From an uncultured Verrucomicrobiae bacterium (GTDB lineage: Bacteria; Verrucomicrobiota; Verrucomicrobiia; Opitutales; JABDGR01), in assembly GCA_963765205.1 (NCBI GenBank), contig CAVXVB010000005.1, forward strand, positions 96,001 to 160,000: a stretch of 64,000 nucleotides of DNA, written 5' to 3'. Both the position numbers and the translations under genes were made by a program. Positions 1-10,474 of the stretch are shown in pieces. The notes below the pieces were generated by a model, which saw nothing but the letters and a program-made list of their open reading frames with translations, did not search any database and had not been told where the DNA came from. Numbering within the stretch: the first letter of the stretch is position 1; each line of letters begins with the position of its first letter.

Positions 1-766
1 CCTCAAAAACCGTGTCGAGGCACGGATGGCCCTCGTGGACATCGCTGCAACTTTTGAGGACAACATTCTTCAAAATCAGGAAATCGAGGAGCTAATCCAT
101 GAAGACCTTCGCTATCGGGACAAACAACTCCTTCGCCTAAAAGATGAGGTGCTCGACATTGAAGACCTTGGCGATAGCGTTTCGATGAGTGAGTTTACTC
201 TCGACGATTTCCGGCTGGAACTTCTGAAATACATCGAAGCCAACCGCGCTGCTTTGGAAGCGGCTCCGTTTGGCCTTTATACGGTGGTTCCGCCCCACCC
301 GGAATATAAGGTCATTGCGCCAGGCGTCATCTTTTGCTTCAAGCAGGAGCAAAGCCAGCCTGTGGGTTCCGATGTGGCAGGCGTCGCGAAGTCTGCCTCC
401 GCAGAGTCCATCAACCCGCTTCAACCACACTTTCTAGTTTATGTGCTTGATGATGGGAATGTTCGCTTTGGCTTTGCCCAGCCCAAGCAAATTCTCGATA
501 TTTACCGCATCCTCTGTTCCGGGAGGGGTGAACCGTATGGCTCGCTCTGCGATCTTTTTGACAAACAGACTAACCACGGCGCGGAAATGAAGGCATACGA
601 TGTGCTTTTGCAAAAAGCCGTGAATTCTGTCGCTGCCACTTTTCGCAAACGTGCCGCCTCCGGCTTGCAAACAGGCCGTAGTTTTGTTTTGCCCAATGAA
701 CAAGCGCAAGTGATTGAAACAACCGATCTCGAACTCGTTACCTGGCTCGTCATCAAGGCCCCATGA
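1..766 (+). CDS. C-terminal part of a large helicase (SNF2/helicase-C type) associated with RM methyltransferases; 5' end outside window
   Basis: Frame open from base 2 (LKNRVEARMALVDIAAT...). Resembles the C-terminal tail of helicases found upstream of Eco57I-like MTases. Stop overlaps next ATG (ATGA 763-766). Helicase motifs themselves are not in the window. Confidence 0.6.
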   Translation, partial: LKNRVEARMALVDIAATFEDNILQNQEIEELIHEDLRYRDKQLLRLKDEVLDIEDLGDSVSMSEFTLDDFRLELLKYIEANRAALEAAPFGLYTVVPPHPEYKVIAPGVIFCFKQEQSQPVGSDVAGVAKSASAESINPLQPHFLVYVLDDGNVRFGFAQPKQILDIYRILCSGRGEPYGSLCDLFDKQTNHGAEMKAYDVLLQKAVNSVAATFRKRAASGLQTGRSFVLPNEQAQVIETTDLELVTWLVIKAP

Positions 767-3700
767 ATGATTTGGACATTAAAAAGTCTATCGAAGCTGC
801 GCTCAAGAAATTTGAGACACAGCCGTTGGCTGCTGCTGCCTTTCATCTGTTTGAAGTGCTGGGATACTCCAGCCAAAAACGGTTAAAACTGACTCCAAAC
901 ACTCTTGGGCAATTTCTTAACACTTTTGCCAATGGCAAGACTCTCAACGACTCAGTAGCGCTGCCCGATGAATGGAAGTCAATCGACTTTCTTTTTCAGC
1001 TTACCGATGATGAAATTCGCGCAAGCAGCAAACAGCAAATCCTTTTTGAAAGCAAAGGCTTCTATGCAGGGGCGTTCGTCAACTCCTACCTGTTTTTTGC
1101 CCTTGAATTGAAGGGCACCAATTATAGCCGCACCGCGCTCGCCGGTATTACCCGCGAGATAAATAAGCTCTTTGCGATGCCAGCAATTGTATTGTTTCGG
1201 CATGGCGGGACCGTGACCCTAGCTGTGATCCCGCGTCGCCAGCATAAGCGCGACGAGGGCCGGGATGTTCTGGAAAAGGTCACTCTGATTAAGGATATAG
1301 GCATCGGCACCGCTCACCGTGCGCACATTGAAATTCTATTTGACTTGTCAATAGATGCGCTGCACGAAAAGCACAGTTTTTCTAATTTTGTTGAACTTCA
1401 AAAGGCATGGCAAAAGACCCTTGTAAGTTCGGAGCTAAACAAACGGTTCTTTCTGGAAATCTCCAACTGGTATTTTTGGGCGAGTGAGCACGTCTCATTT
1501 CCAAAACCGCCCGAAATTGAGAATTTGGAAGCCTATCAATCACTTAGCCTGATTCGCTTGATTACGCGGGTTATCTTTTGTTGGTTTCTGAAAGAAAAGG
1601 GACTAATTCCACGAGAGCTTTTTGATGAAACTCGCGTTCGTGATTTGCTGACCAGTGTTGCTCCTGGCGAGTCCACTTACTACCGGGCGATACTTCAAAA
1701 CCTTTTCTTTGCCACGCTGAGTGTGCCAATGAATGAACGGCGATTTATCGGAGGCTCATTCCAAGGCAAAAGCAACGACTACGGCAAACAATACGTCTAT
1801 CGCTTCGCCGATCATCTACGTGATCACGATGCCATGCGCAGCATTTTCAAAGATGTGCCTTTCTTGAATGGCGGCCTTTTTGAATGCTTGGACAAGGTTC
1901 CTAATGCTGATGAGCCTGACATTGTGGAATCGCGCATGGACGGGTTCTCTACCAAGGCAAAGAAGCAAGCGCATGTTCCAAATTTTTTGCTATTAGGGGA
2001 CGGTGCCACCGTTGACCTGCGCCAATCTTTTGGAGACGAGCCGCGCTATAGCCGGGTCAAAGTGCGTCCCTTAATTGAGATTTTCGACAGTTACAAATTT
2101 ACGGTAGCGGAAAGCACTCCGGTGGAAGAAGAAATCGCGCTCGACCCAGAATTGCTAGGCATGGTTTTTGAGAATCTACTGGCCTCCTTCAATGCAGAAA
2201 CCAAATCCACGGCCCGGAAGCAAACTGGTGCGTTTTACACTCCTCGTGAAGTGGTGGATTACATGGTGGATGAAGCCCTCATTGCCCATTTTAAGACGGT
2301 GCTGGTTAAGGCCCCGGAACTGGACGACCGCCTCCGTCATCTATTTGCCTATACCGAGGCAAAGCATCGTTTCACTGCTCCAGAGACACAAATTTTGCTT
2401 GATGCAATAGATTCCGGCACTTCAACCATTAAAATTCTCGATCCCGCCTGCGGTTCCGGTGCGTTCCCAATGGGTATTCTGCATCGGCTAGTTTTTTTGC
2501 TCCAAAAACTTGACCCTGGCAATGCGGGTTGGCGCGAACGCCAACTTGAACGCGCTCGCTCTCTTGACGTTGGCCGCGAAGCCGCAGTCAGTGCTGTCGA
2601 GGCAGCATTTGCTCGTGGAGAGGATGATTATGCTCGGAAGCTTTACCTCATAGAGAATTGCATTTACGGCGTGGATATAAACCCAATTGCATGTCAGATC
2701 GCCAAGCTTCGCGTTTTTATTTCTTTAATCGTGGATCAAGAACCGGATGAGACACGCGAGAATCGCGGTATCATGGCGTTGCCGAACTTGGAAACCAAGT
2801 TTGTCGCGGCGAATACACTTTTTCTCCTCTATCGGCGGGGCGGCCAAACCCTTTTGACAAGTGACGCAGTAAGAAAGAAGGTGACCACTCTTCTGCAAGT
2901 TCGCCACGACCATTTCAACGCTAGGCACTGGAAAGATAAACAAGTTCTTCGCAGAAAGGACAAGCGCCTCCGCGAAGAAATCGCCGATCAACTTCGCCAG
3001 GATGCCATTGTCCCAGGTCATGAGGCCGACCGCCTCAAGGATTGGGACCCCTACGCGCCAAACGACTACTCCGAATTTTTCGATCCCGAATGGATGTTCG
3101 GTCTGACAGTAGCCAAGCTTTCCAAGGCTGCCGCTGTAACTCTGGGTGGAAACCTCGCACTTATCAACGAGGCAGGCGGGCAACAGGAACTTCTTCCCCG
3201 ACAACAAACCGAGAGCGGTTTCGACATTCTCATCGGAAATCCTCCTTATGTTCGCCATGAAAGCATTAAGGAAATTAAATCTGAACTAAAAGCGGATTAC
3301 TACTGCTACAGTGGGACTGCTGATCTTTTCGTTTATTTCATTGAACGGTCATTAGACTTGCTCAAGACAGGCGGCATACTTTCCTTCATTACTTCCAACA
3401 AATATTTCCGTGCGGGTTATGGCGAACGCCTACGATATTTTGTTGGATATTCGAGCCACATTCTTCATTTAATTGATTTTGGAGACGCCAACGTCTTTAC
3501 GGCAATTGCTTACCCAAGCATAGTTATTGCGCAAAAGGTGAAGGAGACAAGGGACAAGGGGCTGCTTCCTGAACCTCCCGCCAAGAATGTCATAGAAAAG
3601 AATCTTAACAATTGCGTTGATACTCGTGTGCTGGTTTGGGAAATCGGCCCCTCAATTGAAGAATTTCCAAGAATTTTTCTTGAAAAGAGTTTCTTCATTC

Positions 3701-4776
3701 CACAGCAAAATCTTACTTCTGGAGGCTGGCGATTGCAAAGCACAGCGTTAGACCGACTCCTTGACAAAATTCGCAAAAGCGGCACCACACTAGGCGAATA
3801 TGTAAAAGCAGGACTCTATTATGGCATTAAAACTGGATTCAATGATGGCTTTGTCGTGCCGAAAGAAACTCGTGACCGTCTCATTTGCGAACACAAGTCT
3901 TCTGCTGAATTACTAAAGCCATTTATACGCGGTAGAGATGTGAAGCGTTGGGGATGTGAAGATTCAGAACAATATCTAATTCTTATCGAATCCTCTGAAA
4001 ACAAGGAACACCCCTGGTCGGACAAACCCGAGAAAGAAGCAGAGAGAATCTTTGCAAAGACTTACCCGGCGATTTACGCATTTCAAAAAGGCCACCGCCA
4101 GTCTCTCAAAGACCGGACTGATCAAGGCCGTTTTTACTGGGAATTGCGCTCATGCGACTACTGGAAGGAATTTGAGCATACAAAAATTCTATATCCTGAC
4201 ATTTATGAACATCAGAGTTTCTTTTGGGATGACGAGGGGCGTTATGCGGCAAATACATGTTATTTCATCCCGACTAATGAGAAGTGGCTAACCGCATTGT
4301 TAAATTCCTGGGTTGTAGAATGGTATTATTCCAATATTTCAAACCGAATACGCGGTGGATATTTACGGGCATTTTCTGACTATATGCGCCAAATTCCAAT
4401 TCCAATCGTAAGTCCTCACGAAAAACTCATTTTTGAAAACCTTATCAGTTACGTTCAATGGTCGAGGATGCATCTAAAGATTAAAGATGGCTCGAATCCT
4501 CGTGATCCGATCATGCTCGGTTGGTGGGAGAGAATTCTCAATGGATTGGTTTACGAACTATATTTCGCCGGCGAGCTTCACGACAGTGGCCTACATATTT
4601 TTGACCTAGTTGGTGACGCTAACTTTTTGGTCTTAGAATCCATACCGGAGTCGAGACGACTTGCATATGTTCGCGACCAATTTGAACGCACATACGCGTC
4701 CGACCATTCTATGCGCGGTGCATTACACACCCTAAGTTCGCTGGAAACCGTCCGGACTATTGAACGCGAAGCATGA
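763..4776 (+). CDS. Eco57I/type IIG-like N6-adenine DNA methyltransferase with C-terminal TaqI-like target recognition domain
   Basis: 1337 aa; GAFYTPREVV, motif I ILDPACGSGAF, motif IV GNPPYV, FLNGGLFE, TRD-type region (YYGIKTG...LLNS...IRGGYLR). Confidence 0.9.
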   Translation: MNDLDIKKSIEAALKKFETQPLAAAAFHLFEVLGYSSQKRLKLTPNTLGQFLNTFANGKTLNDSVALPDEWKSIDFLFQLTDDEIRASSKQQILFESKGFYAGAFVNSYLFFALELKGTNYSRTALAGITREINKLFAMPAIVLFRHGGTVTLAVIPRRQHKRDEGRDVLEKVTLIKDIGIGTAHRAHIEILFDLSIDALHEKHSFSNFVELQKAWQKTLVSSELNKRFFLEISNWYFWASEHVSFPKPPEIENLEAYQSLSLIRLITRVIFCWFLKEKGLIPRELFDETRVRDLLTSVAPGESTYYRAILQNLFFATLSVPMNERRFIGGSFQGKSNDYGKQYVYRFADHLRDHDAMRSIFKDVPFLNGGLFECLDKVPNADEPDIVESRMDGFSTKAKKQAHVPNFLLLGDGATVDLRQSFGDEPRYSRVKVRPLIEIFDSYKFTVAESTPVEEEIALDPELLGMVFENLLASFNAETKSTARKQTGAFYTPREVVDYMVDEALIAHFKTVLVKAPELDDRLRHLFAYTEAKHRFTAPETQILLDAIDSGTSTIKILDPACGSGAFPMGILHRLVFLLQKLDPGNAGWRERQLERARSLDVGREAAVSAVEAAFARGEDDYARKLYLIENCIYGVDINPIACQIAKLRVFISLIVDQEPDETRENRGIMALPNLETKFVAANTLFLLYRRGGQTLLTSDAVRKKVTTLLQVRHDHFNARHWKDKQVLRRKDKRLREEIADQLRQDAIVPGHEADRLKDWDPYAPNDYSEFFDPEWMFGLTVAKLSKAAAVTLGGNLALINEAGGQQELLPRQQTESGFDILIGNPPYVRHESIKEIKSELKADYYCYSGTADLFVYFIERSLDLLKTGGILSFITSNKYFRAGYGERLRYFVGYSSHILHLIDFGDANVFTAIAYPSIVIAQKVKETRDKGLLPEPPAKNVIEKNLNNCVDTRVLVWEIGPSIEEFPRIFLEKSFFIPQQNLTSGGWRLQSTALDRLLDKIRKSGTTLGEYVKAGLYYGIKTGFNDGFVVPKETRDRLICEHKSSAELLKPFIRGRDVKRWGCEDSEQYLILIESSENKEHPWSDKPEKEAERIFAKTYPAIYAFQKGHRQSLKDRTDQGRFYWELRSCDYWKEFEHTKILYPDIYEHQSFFWDDEGRYAANTCYFIPTNEKWLTALLNSWVVEWYYSNISNRIRGGYLRAFSDYMRQIPIPIVSPHEKLIFENLISYVQWSRMHLKIKDGSNPRDPIMLGWWERILNGLVYELYFAGELHDSGLHIFDLVGDANFLVLESIPESRRLAYVRDQFERTYASDHSMRGALHTLSSLETVRTIEREA

Positions 4777-6686
4777 AACTGACCAAGATCACTTTGAAGG
4801 ATTTCCGAGGCTTTCCTTACGAGGAAAGCTTTAATCTTCCCGACGGCAAGAATCTTCTTTTGCATGGTGAGAACGGAAGCGGAAAGTCCTCAATCTATAG
4901 GGCATTGGTTGAGTTTCTTAATCAAGGTAAAGACGCGGCTCCGTTTTGGAAGCTTCGTAATTTATTCGCAGCCGGGATCGAAAAATCATTTGTAGATGGG
5001 CACGTTACCCTAAGTCTTCAAGATGGGTCGAAGCATGAGTGGCGGTGCCTTGGTCAGCGTCCAAATAGTGATGCTAATCTGCCACAGTTGACTCGTGAAT
5101 GGTGGGCCAATGCCGCCCAGCGCGCGTCACTTCTTGAATATCGCTCACTGCTACGTATGCATTATGGCAATAAGGCGATTCAAGAACAATTGTTTGACCT
5201 GGCGGTTACCACGCTGATTGCAAACATTCCCGTCGTGGGCATAGGAGGCAAGGAAAAGTCTGTTGCTCTTCTTTGGAAGGAACTCCAGGAGAGTAAACCA
5301 TACCGACATTCAAAATGGCAGTTAAGGAGGGTTGCTGAGGCAGAGAAGGCATTTAACGAAGGGGTGAGAGGCATTCTCCCCGATGTGCAAAAAAGGGCTG
5401 AAGAGCTTCTCGGATACTTTGCTGGAGTTGGACTTAAGTTGCATTTTGGATTGCCTGGTGTTCGTTACAATGGAAGGCCTCGCTCAACTCGTGATCGAAA
5501 ATTTGAAAACAAAGTATTAGAATTTGAAGTAAAACTGCATGAGGTTGTTTTGCCGGAATGGAATGATTTACTAAATGAAGCCAGACTTTCCGCGTTAGCT
5601 ATTTCCTTATATTTGGCAGGTGTGAGTATGAGCAATCCGGTAGTGCCTTCCGGTGTTGCACCACCGCTAAAGCTGCTGGTGCTCGATGACGTGCTTATCG
5701 GATTGGATTTATCAAATCGACTCCCGGTTCTTCGGATTTTAGAAGAACGATTTGCGGATTTTCAAGTGTTGTTGTTTACTCATGACCGTGTTTGGTACGA
5801 TATGGCGCAGTTAGCATTCAAGAATCCTGAAAATTGGATTTGCTATGAGATGCATAGCAAAGAGATTAGAGAGGGGGATTTCGTCTTTGATGCTCCCGTC
5901 CTAAAGCCACAAATTGGCAATCTTGCAGAATATTTTCTTAAAGAGGCTGAAGAGCATTTGAACGTTCAGCACGACACACGAACCGCAGCCCTTCATACGC
6001 GTGTTGCCTTGGAAGTAAAGCTGAAAAGCTATTGCAGTGATAAGAGGGTAAATGTCGCTTATGATTTAGATGGAAGGCATTTAGACACTGAGCACTTTCT
6101 TAGCGCAATTGAGCGCCGACTAAACTGGAGCGGGACTTTGAATTTAGCGCTTTTCCATCTACAGAAGATAAGACTCTTCCGTGCGGGTGTATTGAATCCG
6201 TTGGCGCACTTTCATCCTGTTTCATTAGCGCGTGGCGAGGTCGCTACCGCAATCGAGGCGGTTCGGAACTTATCTTTCCCTAAAGAGAATAGGGACTTCG
6301 CCAAAGAAACTGACCGAATTTTGGGGAAAAACAGTCTGTCTTCAGAAGAAGTAATTGACGCGGCCTGCTATCTGCGAACCGCTTTTGAAGTGGACGTTCG
6401 TTACTTGCTCAAAGCACGGGGAGGCAAGGTCGAATTTCGTGATGATTGGTCTAAAATTTCATTAAGTGAATTGTGGGAAGCTGCAAAGGTAACGATGCAT
6501 CGGGTGAATCCAATTGCGGCTACTTTATTGATCGCTGAAATTGAATCTCACTCATCCGTTTATCTTCGGGATTGGGGCTATGCCGAGGTATCTCGTTTTA
6601 CTAAGACAAACTTGGATGCTGCTTGGCTCATTCTTAGAGTACCACCTCCCTCGGTTGCCAAGACTCGTCTTTCAACGTTTTTCTAA
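4773..6686 (+). CDS. ABC/SMC-type ATPase (RloC/PrrC-like architecture) with C-terminal HEPN-like region(s)
   Basis: Walker A GENGSGKS, Walker B LLVLDD, H-loop LFTHD; C-terminal AALHTRVALE...R-AGVLNPLAH, then a second AACYLRTAFE helix. Confidence 0.7.
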   Translation: MKLTKITLKDFRGFPYEESFNLPDGKNLLLHGENGSGKSSIYRALVEFLNQGKDAAPFWKLRNLFAAGIEKSFVDGHVTLSLQDGSKHEWRCLGQRPNSDANLPQLTREWWANAAQRASLLEYRSLLRMHYGNKAIQEQLFDLAVTTLIANIPVVGIGGKEKSVALLWKELQESKPYRHSKWQLRRVAEAEKAFNEGVRGILPDVQKRAEELLGYFAGVGLKLHFGLPGVRYNGRPRSTRDRKFENKVLEFEVKLHEVVLPEWNDLLNEARLSALAISLYLAGVSMSNPVVPSGVAPPLKLLVLDDVLIGLDLSNRLPVLRILEERFADFQVLLFTHDRVWYDMAQLAFKNPENWICYEMHSKEIREGDFVFDAPVLKPQIGNLAEYFLKEAEEHLNVQHDTRTAALHTRVALEVKLKSYCSDKRVNVAYDLDGRHLDTEHFLSAIERRLNWSGTLNLALFHLQKIRLFRAGVLNPLAHFHPVSLARGEVATAIEAVRNLSFPKENRDFAKETDRILGKNSLSSEEVIDAACYLRTAFEVDVRYLLKARGGKVEFRDDWSKISLSELWEAAKVTMHRVNPIAATLLIAEIESHSSVYLRDWGYAEVSRFTKTNLDAAWLILRVPPPSVAKTRLSTFF

Positions 6687-6692
6687 AAAACC

Positions 6693-8489
6693 ATGTCTAC
6701 TCAGCGCTATTCCGTTACCCCTCATCCGATTGAAACCCTGTTGACTTGGGTAAAATCGGGAGAGATTGCTATTCCAGAAATCCAGCGGCCTTTCGTGTGG
6801 GAAGCCACCAAGGTGCGCAACCTGCTAGACTCCCTTTACCAAGGCTACCCGGTTGGGTATCTTATCGCTTGGCGAAACCCCACTGTGCGGCTCAAGGACG
6901 GCACACATTCCGCTGGCAAGCGCATACTGATTGACGGGCAACAACGCGTCACCGCCCTCATGGCAGCACTGCTCGGTCGCGAGGTCTTAACAAAAGACTA
7001 TGAGACGGTTAGAATTCGCATAGCATTTCACCCGCTTGAAGAGCGCTTTGAGGTGACAAACCCCGCCATCGCCAAGGATTCCGCGTGGCTTTCCGACGTT
7101 GCCGCTGTGTTTCACCCCGATGCCAGCATTAGCGAGCTCACTGACATTTATTGTGATCGCAATACTACGGCCGACCGTAAAGGAGTTTCCCGAGTCTTGG
7201 AAAAGCTTCGTAAAGTCATCAACAACCACGTCGGAATTATCGAGTTGGCAGAAGACCTCGACATTGAAACCGTAACGGAGATATTTATTCGGGTAAATTC
7301 AGCGGGTTCGCCACTTTCCCAGGCGGATTTTGCAATGTCAAAGATCGCAGCAAACGAGACCTACGGCGGCAATCTATTGCGCAAAGCAATTGATTATTTT
7401 TGCCATTTGGCAATCGCTCCCGAGTTTTTCAGTCGCATCAAGGAGGGTGATGCAAAATTCGCCAAGTCGGAATTCTTCCCGAAAATGACCTGGATAAAGG
7501 ATGTCAACGATGACATTTATGACCCATCTTATACTGACATGTTGCGCGTGGCGTTTACGTCAGAGTTTGGCCGGGGAAAGTTGCAAGACCTTGTGGCGTT
7601 GCTCTCGGGACGTAATTTCGAGACCAAAAAGTATGAAGATGCAATCGTGGAATCGTCGTTTGCCAAATTGAAGCAAGGTATTTTGAGATTCATCAATCAA
7701 ACGCATTTCGAGCGTTTTGTGATGATACTGCGTTCGGCTGGCTTTGTTAGCCGGGAGCTTATGGGCGGACAAAATGCAGTCAATTTTGCCTACATACTAT
7801 ATCTACGCGGACGCACTGAAGGTATGCCGCCTGCTGAAATCGAAAAGCTAGTTCGACAGTGGTATGTAATGAGCGTGCTGACAGGCCGCTACTCGGGTAA
7901 CCCGGAGACACTTTTCGACACAGATATGCGACAAATTGAGAAGCTGGGGTTGGCAACTTATTCCAAAACCATCATCGAAACCCAGTTGCCGGAAAGCTTT
8001 TGGTCAGCCCTGTTGCCCCAGCAAATGGATACTTCGTCAAGCATTAGCCCTTACTTCCTCGTTTTCCAAGCTGCCCAAGTCAAGCTGGGGGACAAAGGAT
8101 TTCTCTCGCGGGATATTACCGTGCGCGACTTGATCTTGAATCATAGCGATGTTCACCACCTTTTTCCGAAAAAGCATCTCAAAGCACTCGGCCTGAGCAA
8201 AGGTAGCTACAACCAGATAGCGAACTACGCCATTGCTCAAAGTGAAATCAACATAGCAATCGGTGGTAAAGCACCAGAGAAATATTTCGCTGATCTTACC
8301 AGTCAATGTCAGAGTGGCACTGTAAAATATGGCGGAATTACTGAGCCGAATGAATTGCAAGCAAACTTGCGCGAACACTGCATTCCGGCTGGATTGCCAG
8401 GCCCATTATCGAGCGACTATGAAGCCTTTTTGTTAGAACGGCGAAAGTTAATGGCTGAAAAGATTAGAACGTATTTTTTGAAGCTATAG
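6693..8489 (+). CDS. GmrSD-family (DUF262 + DUF1524/HNH) modification-dependent type IV restriction endonuclease
   Basis: [16 protein letters not shown] and [11 protein letters not shown]262 motifs; C-terminal DVHHLFPK...N..ANY HNH-like motif. Confidence 0.85.
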   Translation: MSTQRYSVTPHPIETLLTWVKSGEIAIPEIQRPFVWEATKVRNLLDSLYQGYPVGYLIAWRNPTVRLKDGTHSAGKRILIDGQQRVTALMAALLGREVLTKDYETVRIRIAFHPLEERFEVTNPAIAKDSAWLSDVAAVFHPDASISELTDIYCDRNTTADRKGVSRVLEKLRKVINNHVGIIELAEDLDIETVTEIFIRVNSAGSPLSQADFAMSKIAANETYGGNLLRKAIDYFCHLAIAPEFFSRIKEGDAKFAKSEFFPKMTWIKDVNDDIYDPSYTDMLRVAFTSEFGRGKLQDLVALLSGRNFETKKYEDAIVESSFAKLKQGILRFINQTHFERFVMILRSAGFVSRELMGGQNAVNFAYILYLRGRTEGMPPAEIEKLVRQWYVMSVLTGRYSGNPETLFDTDMRQIEKLGLATYSKTIIETQLPESFWSALLPQQMDTSSSISPYFLVFQAAQVKLGDKGFLSRDITVRDLILNHSDVHHLFPKKHLKALGLSKGSYNQIANYAIAQSEINIAIGGKAPEKYFADLTSQCQSGTVKYGGITEPNELQANLREHCIPAGLPGPLSSDYEAFLLERRKLMAEKIRTYFLKL

Positions 8490-8522
8490 TTTTCTGAATT
8501 GAGCAGATGGGGTGAGAGTCCG

Positions 8523-9593
8523 TTATGCGCTAATCGCACGCGGCCACTCGCTTATTCTGGCCCATTTCCGTTCGAGCCATGAAAGATATTTTTCAGGTCG
8601 TGGATTGGAATCTACTGCCCATTTCGATCCAAGTTTTTTGTCAGGCCATAAATGTAGGCGATTTTCAATTTCCAATTCCTTGCACAAATTCATTACTGTT
8701 TTGAGTGAATGAAGCGAATATTCCAACCAGCTTTCTCGGGTAGCAAATACCTCTGTGCGCAATTTAACGCCATGAAGACGTGCTTGCACGGCAATCCGGT
8801 CAACATTGTCCGCCCGGATATTGATAGGTTCATGGAAAATCGTCATCGGTTTGACGCCTTTTATCGCAATCAAAGTAGTTCTTAAATCTTGTTCATCGCA
8901 TTCAGGGTAAGTGGGCGCCATAGCCACATATAAATTGATTCCGATGTCCCTGGCTTTTTGCAATGTGGCGAGACGCGCCGATGGCGCTGGGGCCTTTGGC
9001 TCATATACCGTGGCTAGGTCGTTGCGCAAAGTCGGAAGGCTCATGCCAAACAACAAGCGATTTCCAAACGTCTTGAATAAGTCGAAATGTTGACGTGCAA
9101 GCGGGCTACGGGTCATTATCCTCACATTCAGTGTGGATTCGTCCCGAATGAGGACAAGTGCGCGGCGAACTGTGTCCATGCCTTGTTGAGTGAGTTGCTT
9201 TGCGCGGGCGGGGTCAGGGTGATGAAAAACTTGGTATGGGTCGGTGGTGGTGCAAAGCATAACCGCCCGGTTTCCGTCGGGGTTAAGTTGCAATTTTGGT
9301 GTCCTCTCTGCGGCTAAAAGTGATGCGCGAAACTTTTGTTCGTCCCAGGGTCGCAGTAAAACATAGGAACCCCATTCAGCATCCGGGTCTTCTACGCCAT
9401 ACCGCGCGAGGCTTCGGGCCTGTTTGTTCGTGGAGGCGCTTGGAACGTAGCAGAAACGGCAGCCGTGACCGCAGCCGATGGCGATGTTTAGCGACCAATT
9501 CGACAACGACTTGTGGACAAAGTTGTTCGGGGAAATAATCGCTGGATGCGACCAAAGCCCCACTGAGTTTTCGGTTGGTTCAATTGTTTTCAT
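8523..9593 (-). CDS. Radical SAM protein, spore-photoproduct-lyase-like family
   Basis: CGHGCRFC (CxxxCxxC) preceded by SLN..IG; TTTDPYQ, TRSPL and YEPKAPAPSARL motifs typical of SPL-like radical SAMs. Confidence 0.85.
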   Translation of the reverse strand: MKTIEPTENSVGLWSHPAIISPNNFVHKSLSNWSLNIAIGCGHGCRFCYVPSASTNKQARSLARYGVEDPDAEWGSYVLLRPWDEQKFRASLLAAERTPKLQLNPDGNRAVMLCTTTDPYQVFHHPDPARAKQLTQQGMDTVRRALVLIRDESTLNVRIMTRSPLARQHFDLFKTFGNRLLFGMSLPTLRNDLATVYEPKAPAPSARLATLQKARDIGINLYVAMAPTYPECDEQDLRTTLIAIKGVKPMTIFHEPINIRADNVDRIAVQARLHGVKLRTEVFATRESWLEYSLHSLKTVMNLCKELEIENRLHLWPDKKLGSKWAVDSNPRPEKYLSWLERKWARISEWPRAISA

Positions 9594-10474
9594 GGATTGC
9601 GGTATCCTTTGAAAATGTGGCTGGCGATCTTATCGCCAGTTTTGTTGTTGCTCGCAAAAAACAAGTAATAGACCACCGCATTTTGTGAATTTTTCATCGG
9701 GACCGGCTTTGGCACAAATTTGAATCCGCCAACCTCTTTCAGTCGTTTTTGAAAAGCTGCGACTAACGCTTCATTGTCATTCTTTTCAAGTTCCGGCGAA
9801 TTGTCAGCTAGGCCGGAAAGTGTGCCGTGGAAGTTACCTTGGGAGCTCGGTGCATACATCGCGGCGTGCCAGCTTTCATCGCCCCAAAACGCCGTCATAC
9901 GTCCTCGGTGGTCGGGGTCAATTTCCGCAATGTTCTTTTTCTTCGCGTTGCGATTGATGTCCATCACCGGAAAATTTAGAAAAATCTCAATGGATTTCAT
10001 TCCACCGGCAGTAGCCAACACGTTCCATTTGAGGCCCAGCCCATACGGGTCAAGAAAGCAGAGTGCACGGCGGTAGTCCTCAAATTTGAATTTTGGAAAG
10101 AGTTGGCTAAGAAGCACATCGTTACAATCACCCAGAATGACATGGGCGTTCGCTCGATCTTCGCACATCTTCTTTAAGCGTTGAACTCGCGCCGGGTCTA
10201 AATCGATGAAATAATACTCATCGAAACGATTTGCCAAATTCAAGGCGTTAAGTGGGCTGCCAGCAACGATTTCGCCGGTATTTTTATGAACATGTTCTCC
10301 CGCGCCAGCAAATCCGTCAATATATCCAAAATGAAATTTCTGCGTGTTGCCGCGACCAGCCCCCTGGCTTTGCAAGATGGTGGAGTATTGTCCGGCGTAA
10401 GCCTTGACAATATTGAGCTTTGCGACTGACCAATCGCCGATCTCGTCGAGATTCGATGTTTGGGTCTTTTTCAT
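9590..10474 (-). CDS. tcmP: Three-Cys-motif partner protein TcmP (SAM-dependent methyltransferase-like fold)
   Basis: IGDWSVAKLNIVKAY, YIDGFAGAG, GSPLNAL, FIDLD, GDCN, FLDPYG, YYLFFAS. Start reassigned to ATG 10474 (MKKTQT). Stop overlaps radical SAM start. Confidence 0.8.
   Translation of the reverse strand: MKKTQTSNLDEIGDWSVAKLNIVKAYAGQYSTILQSQGAGRGNTQKFHFGYIDGFAGAGEHVHKNTGEIVAGSPLNALNLANRFDEYYFIDLDPARVQRLKKMCEDRANAHVILGDCNDVLLSQLFPKFKFEDYRRALCFLDPYGLGLKWNVLATAGGMKSIEIFLNFPVMDINRNAKKKNIAEIDPDHRGRMTAFWGDESWHAAMYAPSSQGNFHGTLSGLADNSPELEKNDNEALVAAFQKRLKEVGGFKFVPKPVPMKNSQNAVVYYLFFASNNKTGDKIASHIFKGYRNP

Noticed and set aside
1..8489. Calling the operon DISARM or BREX
   Set aside because: No DrmA/DrmB/DrmC or PglZ/BrxC/BrxL is visible in the window; the upstream part is unseen, so the assignment is unsupported.
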